The position numbers and the translations under genes are program-made. Shown piece by piece: positions 1 through 10,884 of a stretch of 64,000 nt of DNA (position 1 is the first letter of the stretch; every line of letters begins with the position of its first letter). The notes beneath the pieces are model-generated. The model was not told the DNA's origin, searched no databases, and saw nothing but the letters and a program-made list of their open reading frames with translations. Origin of the DNA: Octopus vulgaris (taxonomy: Eukaryota); NCBI GenBank assembly GCA_951406725.2, contig OX597836.1, positions 35,836,001-35,900,000 on the forward strand, given 5' to 3'.

Positions 1-282
1 CATACGCTGGTGATTTAAACGAATGGGTGCTCTAATTATTGTAGAAGGAAGTCTTTTTCCACATATAATTTATGTACGTGTGTGCGCGCGCGTGTATGAT
101 GGGCTCTTTCCATCAAATCGACGTTGTCCGAATAGGTGCACGCGTCAGTGCATTATTCAATGCACCACCTGGTCTAGGATTTGAAATCACTATCGTTAGA
201 CCGTGAGTGTAACACGCTAACAACTAGGCTATACACACACACATACACACAACTACATATTTATACACACAGCTATATGTAC

Positions 283-286
<4 letters not shown>

Positions 287-359
<73 letters not shown>
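287..359. repeat. (TA)n microsatellite, one of dozens in the window
   Basis: Pure TA run. Similar runs occur at about 5162, 5809, 6014, 6212, 17820, 17909, 28550, 30096, 30711, 31984, 35036, 38714, 40362-40532, 43260, 47153 and 50150-50450. Confidence 0.99.
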
Positions 360-360
<1 letters not shown>

Positions 361-483
361 TATGTCATTGTAAGAAAAATCTTTATAATATTCTTCAGAC
401 ATATTGACTCAAATATATATTTTTTAACCTTTTAAAACAAGCCTTCTGTAGTTTTTTCACTTTTTACTATTTTCTCTCTCTAT

Positions 484-665
484 ATAATAGTTATCGCCAT
501 ACTAATATGACATTCTTATAAAAATAAGAAAAAAGCTGTCCGCTTATTAGCTCCATGAGGCCATCGCCTTAAGTTAGCTATTTGATGGCCTCATGGAGCT
601 AATAAGCGGACAGCTTTTTTCTTATTTTTATAAGAATGCCATATTAGTATGGCGATAACTATTAT
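484..665. repeat. Foldback inverted repeat, 82-bp arms with an 18-nt loop
   Basis: 484-565 (ataatagttatcgcc...gaggccatc) is the reverse complement of 584-665, with one mismatch seen. Confidence 0.95.
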
Positions 666-959
666 TTTCCGGGAACGCTGCCGCTGTTCTCTTTTAGAGA
701 GACTTAGTTATTTTAATATTTCTATTATCTCTCTCTCTCTCTATATATATATATATACATATATTTACATACATTATCATGTTCTTATACATGTAGCACA
801 GGTTTGCATCTATTTAATAGAAAAAATGCGATAGAATCGTATGTTTTCAAGTTTCAGTGAAATTGTCTTGTTAACAAGAAAAGCAATTATCTTCCACCTG
901 TATATAGGAATTAATTATTCAATGACTTTTGTGGCCACATTATCAAATTTCCTTATAAA

Positions 960-1120
960 TACCCTACACAGACAAAGTGTTAACTTAAACCTCAGCACTA
1001 CTGAATGGAAATACTTAACTGAATTGCAAAATGTGAAAGTATTGACAACTAAAGAAACCGATAGAGGGAATTCTGTAGAACTGATGGATACATAATACTA
1101 TAAAGATCTAATATTTTCCC
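960..1120 (+). pseudogene. Penelope-like retroelement ORF remnant (region N-terminal to RT)
   Basis: NLSTTEWKYLTELQN..LTTKETDRGNSVELMDT*YY resembles the PLE motif NL...E..L..L.....I.IK.ADKG..VV.MD..Y; contains an in-frame stop. Confidence 0.6.
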
Positions 1121-1399
1121 CCGTGCTAAAAATCGATTACCGCTACGTGGAGTTGACAACAGAAAATAATGAGAAATCTTTTTTCCCTTACGCGCACTTA
1201 CATGGTTAATGTCTGACAAACTAAGTAATCAATTATTAGGCTGTTTTGCATGAAATGTCGCATTTATAAATATTTGTCATTTCAGTCATTTAAAACCTCA
1301 ATTATATATACCTTGCATTTAATCTTCACTCTTTTTCTTTCCCAAAAATATTGGCATAAAAAATTCGTACCCACAGACCTTATGGAAACGATAACAAAG

Positions 1400-2100
1400 A
1401 AACTATGTTGAGTGATTTTCTCGTATGAGTACAAACTGGATCACTTTGCCGCAGAAGCTCGACGGAATATCAAATGGGCCTTTGGTAGTGGTTTTGTTGG
1501 TCTCAGAACTGTTCAGAGATGGTTCTAAATCTCTCGTTCAGGAGATGATAACCTTGAAAATAAACCAAGGAGTAGGCCAAAATCAATTATTCGGCATAAT
1601 GGATTAAATGCTTTGTTTGAACAAAATCCGAGAACAAAGGTTCAAAAACTTTCATTAGAACGCCAAACATCTCGCACAGCTGTTTTTGGACGCCTGTAAA
1701 AAATTGTAAAAGTCAAGGAAACGGACAGGTTTGTTCCACATCAACTGAACGAGATTAAAAAAAAAACAGGAGCCTCGAAGTGTGCTTCTTATTGCTTTCT
1801 CTAGTGGGAAAAGACAATTCTGGTTCCAATCATTACTTGTGATGAGAAATGGAAACTGTTTTACAACAGCAGGAGAATAGGACAGTGATTAGATGCAGGA
1901 GATTCACTTAAACACTGACCAAACTTACCATTGCAACCTAAATTGTGACTGGTCATTGTATGGTGGTCTGCGAAGGAAGTTATTCATTATTCACTGTTTC
2001 TCCTTGCAACAAGGAGAAACGGTGACAGCAACATCGTATTACCTGAATATTGATTGCAAGCATGAGAATTTGCACAAGAAGTAACCTAGACTAAGGAGTA
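1400..2100 (+). pseudogene. Decayed mariner (DD34D-type) transposase
   Basis: Frameshifted motifs: AFGSGFVGLRTVQRWF (HTH), WTP (WVPHEL-like), ITCDEKW, VWWSAKEVIHY. Confidence 0.85.
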
Positions 2101-2325
2101 AAGACGGTCCAAAACTGAATGATACATTTTGAATTTTGTTTTATAATCTTTTAGATGTTTCTCGAATGTAAATTTTATGCCAAAATCTATGACCCTTTAT
2201 TATCCAAAATTCTCTAGAATATATATATATTTTTAACGCACATCTATTAGTTTTCTAATAAAGTGATTGTATATCACAGAATAGAATAACAAACATATTT
2301 TCACGAAAGATTTAGTTCGTAAATA

Positions 2326-2722
2326 TTGGGTTGTCCGGAAAGTTCGTGCCGATTTTTAAAGGAAAGAAAAAGGTCAATAAATACTTGCCACTACAGTTTT
2401 AATCAACCAAATGTGAACCATTTTCTTGCACAATCTTTCCTTTAACTTGAAAATACCCTCTTCCCAGAACCGAGGTGCCTAGGAGGGTAAGTCGAAAGGT
2501 AAGCTACATATAACACGCTCCCATCTTGGTAAATAAAACGCTGGACAGTAAATAATGAAATTGTTCCTGTAAAAAACTCTGGGACGATCACTGATTTAAT
2601 GCGCTTCATTATAGGTCTGTTTGATTAAATCTAAGTTGGATTGCTAAACAAAAAGAAGAAATATTTTAGAAACATTCTAATATGGGCTACTGATGTCGGC
2701 ACGAACTTTCCGGATAACCCAA
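2326..2722. mobile_element. Mariner-derived MITE with TA TSD
   Basis: TIRs ttgggttgtccggaaagttcgtgccga / tcggcacgaactttccggataacccaa, flanked by TA at 2324-2325 and 2723-2724. Confidence 0.9.
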
Positions 2723-3211
2723 TATATATCTTTGTAAAGTCCATTTAAATAAATCTCTCTCCATATAAAAGGGCAATTACCTTCCTTGCTTCTAGGGTAC
2801 TCAATGATTACATCTAAAATTAATTTACCTCTAATACACTTACAACATATCAGTGCTCCAAGAAATATGGAATGAAAACTTATGAGGGCATGAGTTGATA
2901 ACCTTCTCACTAACTTCTAAGTCATGATTAGCTAAAGCGAAACCGGTCTATTATACAAATATATTATTTCATAAATATATATATATTTCCACTATAAAAT
3001 TTCTGCGCACTTTCCTTCTTTTATATTTTTTTACTACAATTCAACACGTGTAATTTTATTCTCGATACGTTTCACTAATTTTTGTAGAGACGACAGTGAC
3101 TTAAAAGTTTCGGCCTGGTTAACTTTGGTCGGACAGTCCATTGAAATGTAAGCTCGGAGAAAATTTCCCTATATACCAGTGCATTTACCCTATATACTGT
3201 ATACAAGGGCA

Positions 3212-3243
<32 letters not shown>

Positions 3244-3359
3244 GTGTGTGTGTAATTACTATAACTGTGCAAGTTATATCTGCCAATAACAAAATATAAG
3301 ACCAGAATATTTAGATGTCTCACTTCAGTTAACATTGGAGATTATGGGTCAAACCTCTT

Positions 3360-3792
3360 CTCTACTGCAACGCGAAGTTAATTAAATTTCAATTAGCCGT
3401 GTACAGTAAGTTTATGAGCGACTGAATAGAATCTCTGTGCCAAGCAAAAAAATGTCAGTATTAAAAACCTGTTGGATCCGGCTTTGCACGTGTTTTCTTT
3501 GTTGAAGTTACGCCCACCTCCTATCCCTGAAAATTTACACGTGGTTATAGTTCATGTCCGTTAGTTGATATCAGATTTGGAATTTAATTAAAACATTTAC
3601 CGTCTCCCCGAACACAAAATTTACCTAAATCTCAAATTTCATTATCACGTTTTCGAAAAATTCCAGTCTTGTTTGAACTTTAGAGAATGTGATCTACCTA
3701 TGTGCCAAAAAACATTAAAATCGACTGGATCGTGTGGGAGGAGTTAGACAGACACCATTACACAGACGCCATTACACATTTATGTATATAGA
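3360..3792 (-). mobile_element. Decayed non-autonomous Helitron-like element
   Basis: Minus strand starts A|TCTATATACATAAA...gtctgtct...gtcgattttaatg, similar in style to the Helitron 5' ends at 36684 and 55734. The 3' boundary is uncertain. Confidence 0.4.
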
Positions 3793-5124
3793 TTATATAC
3801 AGTAAACATTTATAACTATTCAAAAATTGTTTCAACTACAAATTTATGGTGTTTATCTGATATCTCCGTTTGTTGTTCGCTGATTTTTAATATAGTGAAG
3901 GTTTAACAAATGTATGATTGACATATTGGCTTTTTGAGATTAAATAACAGCCATCTCGTCATTGAAATATTCTAAAATCGGAAACTTTTATTGTCAAGAT
4001 TATTTCCTTTACTTCAAAACGCATTGTGTTAGGTTTTATATTAGCCTTAATTCATGTTTATAATTTTTCAAAAATTTAATAAATACTACAAATAAAGCGA
4101 AGTTGCTATTTTTCAAAGTGTATTTCTTTAAACATCATTATGCTTGTTTCCAAGGGAAAATAATTGAAAATGTAACCTTTGACAACATCTAAATATTTAT
4201 TAAATTTATTTCAAACGAACAAGGATTGTAAAGGAAATTGAATTTTTGTTACAATTCCTTACATTTGAATAATTTCAGCTTCGATTTTTGAAGGTATTAT
4301 CGGAGAATAGCGATGCTTAATTGTATATGTTAATACATTTATTAAAAATGCAAACCATTACCGCTGTTTGATAAACGCATACATAAAATAAAGATTATTG
4401 ACATCAAAATTGATTGTCAGACATCAGTAGCCCATATTAGAATGTTTCTAAAATATTTCTTGTTTTTGTTTAGCAACCCAACTTAGATTTAATCAAACAG
4501 ATCTATAATGAAGCGCATTAAATCAGTGATCGTCCCAGGGTTTTTTTACAGGAAGAATTTCATTATTTACTGTCCAGCGTTTTATTTACCAAGATGGGTG
4601 CGTGTTATATGGGGAAGCTTGTGTCTTCTTTCTAGCAGTTTGAATAAGAAATTAAATGGCTAGGTGTTAGTATTTTGTTCTTGCGATAGTGTTAAGTGCA
4701 CAGTAAGAATTAACGGCCGTCAAAGGAGTTTCTACCTCATATCTTCACATTTTATATCAGCCAGACTATTTCCCTGAAAACGCACTGTAACATTGTTGAA
4801 ACTAAAAGTACCAGGTTACCTAAAGAATGACAATTTTGCTAATGAAATACATTAAGAGCCTGTTCCATGAGAAGAGATTTCACACCGAAGAGAAAAGTAG
4901 AATTACCTTTTCGGATTTGCTCTTCAAATTCTTCAAAATGTTTGGTTTGTTACACTAGGCTTGTTCCTTTGACAATCCTCAAAGGAAAAAGTCACAATGT
5001 GTAAAGACTTCACTCGTGGTTGGTCACTCATGCGGGTCACGACGACCCATCCATCTCTCAGGGAAGTGGACATTCGGCCATTCACGACATATATAGCAAT
5101 ACAACACACACACACACACACGCG

Positions 5125-5228
<104 letters not shown>

Positions 5229-5230
5229 TA

Positions 5231-5806
5231 TTGATTGATTGATTCTAGTTTCAGCTTATGAGCTGTGGCCATGCTGGGGCACCGCATTTGGTGTTGCTAC
5301 TTGGTTTCACTTCATGGAGGCTTTCTAGCAAATGCTATTTGGTGTATGAGAGAGTTCGATGCAGCTGCCCTCATCTGCCCCTCCTGCCATGAAGTTGGTT
5401 CATCTGGGACATCTGACAGGAAGAGATCCAGCTCCATTTTAAAGACATCTGTATCCACCCCATGCAGGTCTCTCAGGTTCTTCGGGAGGATATTGAAGAG
5501 CTGTGGGCCTCGGAAGCCCAGGCTATCACAGAATCTTGTCCTACATCTTGATGGCAAGTTTGGAGTCCTAGGCACCACGCAGTGGCGCCCAGTTCTGGCA
5601 TTTGCGTTACTCTCGATGCCAAAGTTCAGGACACTTCCCTCCAGGATCTTCCAGATGTATATTATGGCATATCTTTCCCGCCTACGCTCCAGGGAATATA
5701 ATTTTAATCTCTTGAGTCTTTCCCAGTAGCTTACATTCTGCATAGAGGCTATCTTCTTCGTATAGCTTCGTTGGATCGCCTCAAGTTCTGTGATCAACTT
5801 GACACT

Positions 5807-5808
<2 letters not shown>
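5231..5808 (-). mobile_element. 5'-truncated CR1/L2-group LINE (ORF2 C-terminus, 3'UTR, (AATC)n tail)
   Basis: LEAIQRSYTKKI..YWERLKRLKLYSLERRRERYAIIYIWKILEG is a typical CR1/L2-group ORF2 C-terminus. The stop is at 5312 and the element ends in a short microsatellite tail, between two (TA)n runs. Confidence 0.9.
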
Positions 5809-5853
<45 letters not shown>

Positions 5854-5856
<3 letters not shown>

Positions 5857-6012
5857 GCTTTTTTCCGTTTCCGTCTACAAAATCCACTCATAAGGCTTTG
5901 GTTGGCCCGAGGCTATAGTAGAAGACAGTTGCCCAACGTACCAGACAGTGGGTCTGAACCCGAAAAGCGTGTGTGTAGGAGGCACGCTTCTAACAACACA
6001 GCTATTCCTGCA

Positions 6013-6053
<41 letters not shown>

Positions 6054-6209
6054 GCTTTTTTCCGTTTCCGTCTACAAAATCCACTCATAAGGCTTTGGTT
6101 GGCCCGAGGCTATAGTAGAAGACAGTTGCCCAACGTACCAGACAGTGGGTCTGAACCCGAAAAGCGTGTGTGTGGGAGGCACGCTTCTAACAACACAGCT
6201 ACTCCTGCA

Positions 6210-6211
<2 letters not shown>
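5854..6211 (-). mobile_element. Two tandem 5' fragments of SINE family A
   Basis: 5854-6013 and 6051-6211 are nearly identical and match the head of the SINE at 13944 in reverse complement; separated by (TA)n. Confidence 0.85.
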
Positions 6212-6270
<59 letters not shown>

Positions 6271-6927
6271 ATGTCTATATTTATATACAACTATATAAGT
6301 ACATACGCTGTTTTAGTCTCTGTTGAGTCAAAATCTTCTGTAGACAAGTGGATTCAAATGAAGTGGTAATTAAATTTTATGTGGGTTTTAATTCAGATCT
6401 TTTTAGGGAAAAACATTTTTTTGATTGACTTTGGGGTTATTTTATTGTTTAGAATTTACTCTTGCATATAGAACGTTATAAGCATGCATAAATATAGAGG
6501 TGTGTCGCTTTTGGTAGGTAGGTATATTCATATTCATGTGCGGAATAATATAGAGATATAAGCAAATTTGACCACCGTGTGTGAGAATAGAACATACGCT
6601 ATCCCATAATTGATTCAAAGGAATGTATAAATTCGTCGTTCATATTGCCATTCCTCAAGTATTTTTCTATCATTAATTCGTTTTCGGTTCCCTTATTTTT
6701 CTTTTTTGTTTCCTATTTTTCCTTTCTTTTTGACAGCAATTATTGTTTCCAGACCTTAAACGTCTCTCATGTAGATGTTACTATGAATCTTCTCGGTTTA
6801 TCTGCTACAGGTTTCAACATAAATGGTCGACGCCTTAATTGGTCAGTAAAGGCAAAATTTCCTTACAATTTCACTTTGTATCTCAGTAAGTCTTTTGGAT
6901 AATTAACGCCGAAAAACACGATTTTGG

Positions 6928-7352
6928 GGATCTTTTCGGTTTGAACAGCAGTTTTACCTAGCGGTGTCATATGAAATTGTCACCCATAATTATGACCCTA
7001 GTATCGAACTATTGCATTTCAATCTGTTTTAGGGTTAGGGTTAGTTAGGGTTAGGGGTGGGGGAAGGGTATCTTTTTTCTTCAGATATGTAAATAAACCC
7101 AATCTGTTTCTTAAACGAGGGACATATTCGTACGGTACAGAATGTTTTCACCTCAATCAACGTCATTGATGGGTTGAAATTGCAGAAATTGAAGAAAAAA
7201 AACAACCAATATCTTACAAACTATAGAATTTTCTCAATAAAGCCAAGAGAAAAAGATGTTTTATAAACACATTCTACCAGTATACGAAGTTTTAATGTGT
7301 TTAGTTACGTGGAAATTATTTTAAAAAGCTGCCGTTCAAACCGAACAGATCC
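6928..7352. mobile_element. MITE with ~28-bp TIRs, a probable 8-bp TSD and internal TTAGGG repeats
   Basis: TIRs ggatcttttcggtttgaacagcagtttt / aaagctgccgttcaaaccgaacagatcc. Flanks GATTTTGG / GATTTTTG. ttagggttagggttagttagggttaggg at about 7028-7056. Confidence 0.85.
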
Positions 7353-7522
7353 GATTTTTGTATTTCTTCTGGGTTTTATGGCCTCAATACAAATAATTCT
7401 CATCTCAACTGTACATTTATCGATCCGAGATTAACAAGATAAAACAGAAGTTAAGTATTACGGTAAGGTAAGGGATTAACCCTTCTTTAAAGTTCTTGGT
7501 CCTGTGTCAAAAATTTGAAACC

Positions 7523-7558
7523 ATTATTATTATCATTATTATTATTATTTCTTTATTA

Positions 7559-7628
<70 letters not shown>

Positions 7629-7691
7629 CATTATTATTGTTATTGTTGTTATTATTATTATTATTATTATTATTGTTGTTGTTGTTGTTGT
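7523..7691. repeat. (TTA)n/(TTG)n microsatellite
   Basis: Read directly. Confidence 0.99.
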
Positions 7692-8365
7692 TGCCTTTGC
7701 ACAGCTTCTGACGCTGGAGATGTACTACAGTGTCAGCCGTTCACTACCAGTGAACTAATGTAACACCTCTTATTTTTCGAGCACCTTCCGGTGTATTCGA
7801 GTGGTCTCAAGAAATGCTATTTTCTGCAAGTGCTTCACACTTATTGCAGTTCCTACTTGTTTCACGTACTTCTCGAGATTATTGCTTGCTCAATGTTCCC
7901 AGGACTAGTATTGGTACTACTGCTACCTTTTTCATCGACCACAACTGCCTAACTTCCCAAGCTAACCTGTCATATCTCTCGATATTCCTTTCTTCCTTAT
8001 CGCATACCTTGTTGTCGGCTGGGCATGCTATATCTATGATCCAGCATAGTTTGTTTTCTTTCTCAACTAAGACTATGTCCAGCTTCATATTCTCCATATC
8101 ATTGTCACACTGAATCATAATATCCCATAGGATCTTTGCATTTCTATTTTCGACAATGCCTTCAGGTTTGTGGTCGTACCAATTCTTGGCTCTGTCAAGT
8201 CCTTACCTGTGGGCAAAGCATCCAATGGACAAACCTGGCTATATTGTCGTGGCGTCTCTTATATTCTTTCTGGGTTAGTGGTGTACATTGGCTGGTAGTA
8301 TGCCATACGGTTTCACCGTTTTGTCCGCAAATTCTGAACTTATCATTCTGTGATGTGTTGTCTAT
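7692..8365 (-). mobile_element. 3' end of an R4/Dong-like non-LTR retrotransposon (zinc knuckle + restriction-like endonuclease)
   Basis: Minus strand reads RICGQNGETVWHTTSQC..EYKRRHDNIARFVHW..WYDHKPEGIVEN..KILWD..KLDIVLVEK..IIDIACPAD..KEERNIERY..LAWEVRQLW..VVPI. The 3' end abuts (CAA)/(TAA)n, the known Dong target. Confidence 0.9.
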
Positions 8366-8366
8366 A

Positions 8367-8733
8367 CCGACAACAAGGTATGCGATAAGGAAGAAATAAA
8401 AGTAGATGGATATAAGAGGTCAGATTGGGAAGTTATGCAGTTGTGGTCGATGGAAAAGGTAGCAGTAGTACCAATACTAGCCCTGGGAACAGTGAGCAAA
8501 AATCTCGAGAAGTACCTGTAACAAATAAAGGCTGCAATAAGTGTGAAGCACTACCAGTGAACTAAGGTAACACCTCTTATTTTTCGAGTACCTTCCGGAG
8601 TATTCGAGTGGTCTCAAGAAATGCTCAAGAAATAGCATTTCTTGAGACCACTCGAATACTCCGGAAGGTACTCGAAAAATAAGAGGTGTTACCTTAGTTC
8701 AATGGTAGTGAACGGCTGACACTGTAGTACATC
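8367..8733 (+). repeat. Inverted, internally rearranged second copy of the Dong-like 3' end, including a hairpin
   Basis: 8367-8552 is a diverged reverse complement of about 7828-8018. About 8550-8635 folds back on about 8643-8710. The tail to 8733 matches about 7720-7745. Confidence 0.85.
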
Positions 8734-9233
8734 ATTCTGTATTTTTCTTAGTGTTATTTTAAAAATCCTTTTATTTGCAAGACCTGAAAAATAAAAGCTC
8801 GGCCCTTTATTTAGGTTGTCATCGTTATCGCACGGTGCCGGCCCACTCGTTTCTGCTGCGAAATAGACTTTCACGTGTAATTTTCGTACGTGTAATTTTT
8901 CGTAAGTTTTGTGTAATAAGTTTAACGTTCGCACGCAGTTATCATAAATTTTCCTTCGTTTCTGGTATGCGATGTTTAACGGAGGCATTTGGCTGGTTGA
9001 TATGAATCATACTTTGGAGATCATGGTTACATGTGTTCTCAGGATGCTGGAGATTGTAATAATTTGTAATACATCATTTAAACTGCAAAATAGAAATAAG
9101 TTTTATTGAGTATTACTCGGTTAAAATCCACCATTTTGCCAAATTCTTTTATGGTTTTATTTATTGTTTTCATTTCGCCGTGTTGTTGGATAGATTTCGG
9201 AGGACGTGGTTGATGAAGAGTAGGTTCTGTGCA

Positions 9234-9234
<1 letters not shown>

Positions 9235-9297
<63 letters not shown>

Positions 9298-9342
9298 TCT
9301 ATTTTTATTATTATTATTATTATTATTATAATTCTTCTTCTT

Positions 9343-9373
<31 letters not shown>

Positions 9374-9387
9374 TTATTATTATTATT

Positions 9388-9420
<33 letters not shown>

Positions 9421-9574
9421 ATTATTACTATTATTATTATTACTATTATTGTTGTTGCTGTTGTTGTTGTTGTTGTTATTATTATTATTATTATCATTAT
9501 TATTATTTTCGTTGTTGTTGTATATGTAGTTGTGTTTGTTGTTGCTGTTGATGCTATTATTATTATTATTATTA

Positions 9575-9650
<76 letters not shown>

Positions 9651-9676
9651 CATCATCATTATTGTTATTATTGTCA
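9235..9676. repeat. Compound trinucleotide microsatellite (TTA/CTT/GTT/CAT)
   Basis: Read directly. Confidence 0.99.
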
Positions 9677-10379
9677 TTTTATCATCAACCTGTTATTGTT
9701 AGAAATATGGCGAAATGTTTCTTCTTCTTCTTTTCTTTTTAGTTTACCTTTCTCTTTGATATGCTACCATTATTCTTAATTGATTATTCAACTGCTAGAG
9801 ATTTACTGTAACTTTCTGTATTTTGAATAAAATTTCAGTCAATTCCGTTCACGAAAATGCGATCAATTCAACCAGCGGAAGTGTCTCTCTGATAAACTGT
9901 GTCTATGCATTTAAATCTTGTCAAAGAACGCTTTTATAAAGATAACATCGCAACTAACACACAAGTCATCGCACAAAACTTGTAATCCTATCAGTGAATT
10001 CTCAAATTTTAATTGGATATATGTGTGTGTGTGTGTGTCTGATGTAGAGTAAAGATACATTATGTTACATGTGTTTTCTTGATAAGAATATGCAGTAGAT
10101 GAGCGAAGATGACTTTAAACGTGAAGTTACCATACCTGGGGTTCAAGTCAAATATAGACAATTTGTTCAGCATCTAGAATGTACAGTGAATAGGGTTTTG
10201 TAATTTTAAGATTTAATTCAAATGTAATTGCTATTCGTGTTTTACTAAGAAGTACAATATTTTACTTAAAGTAGCTAGATTTGCCTTCATACCAAAACAG
10301 TACACATTTTTATGCGTATCCATGTGCGACAGTCCAACGAGGTTTCTAGAGAAAGATATGTACAACATAATAAAAATAA

Positions 10380-10884
10380 ATAAATGCGACCTTTTAAAGC
10401 CTAGCCAGGGTCATAGGCCCGGTTTCCCGGTTTCAATGGCGTATGTGTTCCCCAGCTGGACGGGATGCCAGTCCATCGCAGTGTTACTAATTTTTACCAG
10501 CTGAGTGGACTGGAGCAACGTGAAATGAAGTGTTTTGCTCAAGAACACAATGCGTCGCCCGGTCCAGGAATCGAAACCATAATCTTACGATCATGATGCT
10601 GACACCCTAACCACTAAACCATGCGCCACCACAAATGCGCCCTTTGAAAGCCTAGCCAGGCTCATAGGCTCCGTTTCCCGGTTTCATTGGCGTATGTGTT
10701 CCCCGGATGGACCGGACGCCAGTCTATCGCAGCGTTACTCATTTTTGACAGCTGAGCGGACTGGAGCAATGAGAAATGAAGTGTTTTGCTAAAGAACACA
10801 ATGCGTCGCCCGGTCCAGGAATCGAAACCACAATCTTACGATCATGATGCTGACACCCTAACCACTAAGCCACGCGCCTCCACA
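10380..10884 (-). mobile_element. Head-to-tail dimer of tRNA-derived SINE family B
   Basis: Two ~250-bp copies (10380-10632, 10633-10884). The minus-strand head gtggaggcgcgtggcttagtggttagggtg...ggtttcgattcc carries pol III A and B boxes. Confidence 0.9.

Noticed and set aside
5265-5729. 154-aa plus-strand ORF
   Set aside because: It is the antisense shadow of the LINE ORF2 fragment.
7028-7056. TTAGGG repeats as a telomere or fusion site
   Set aside because: Only four units, located inside a TIR element.
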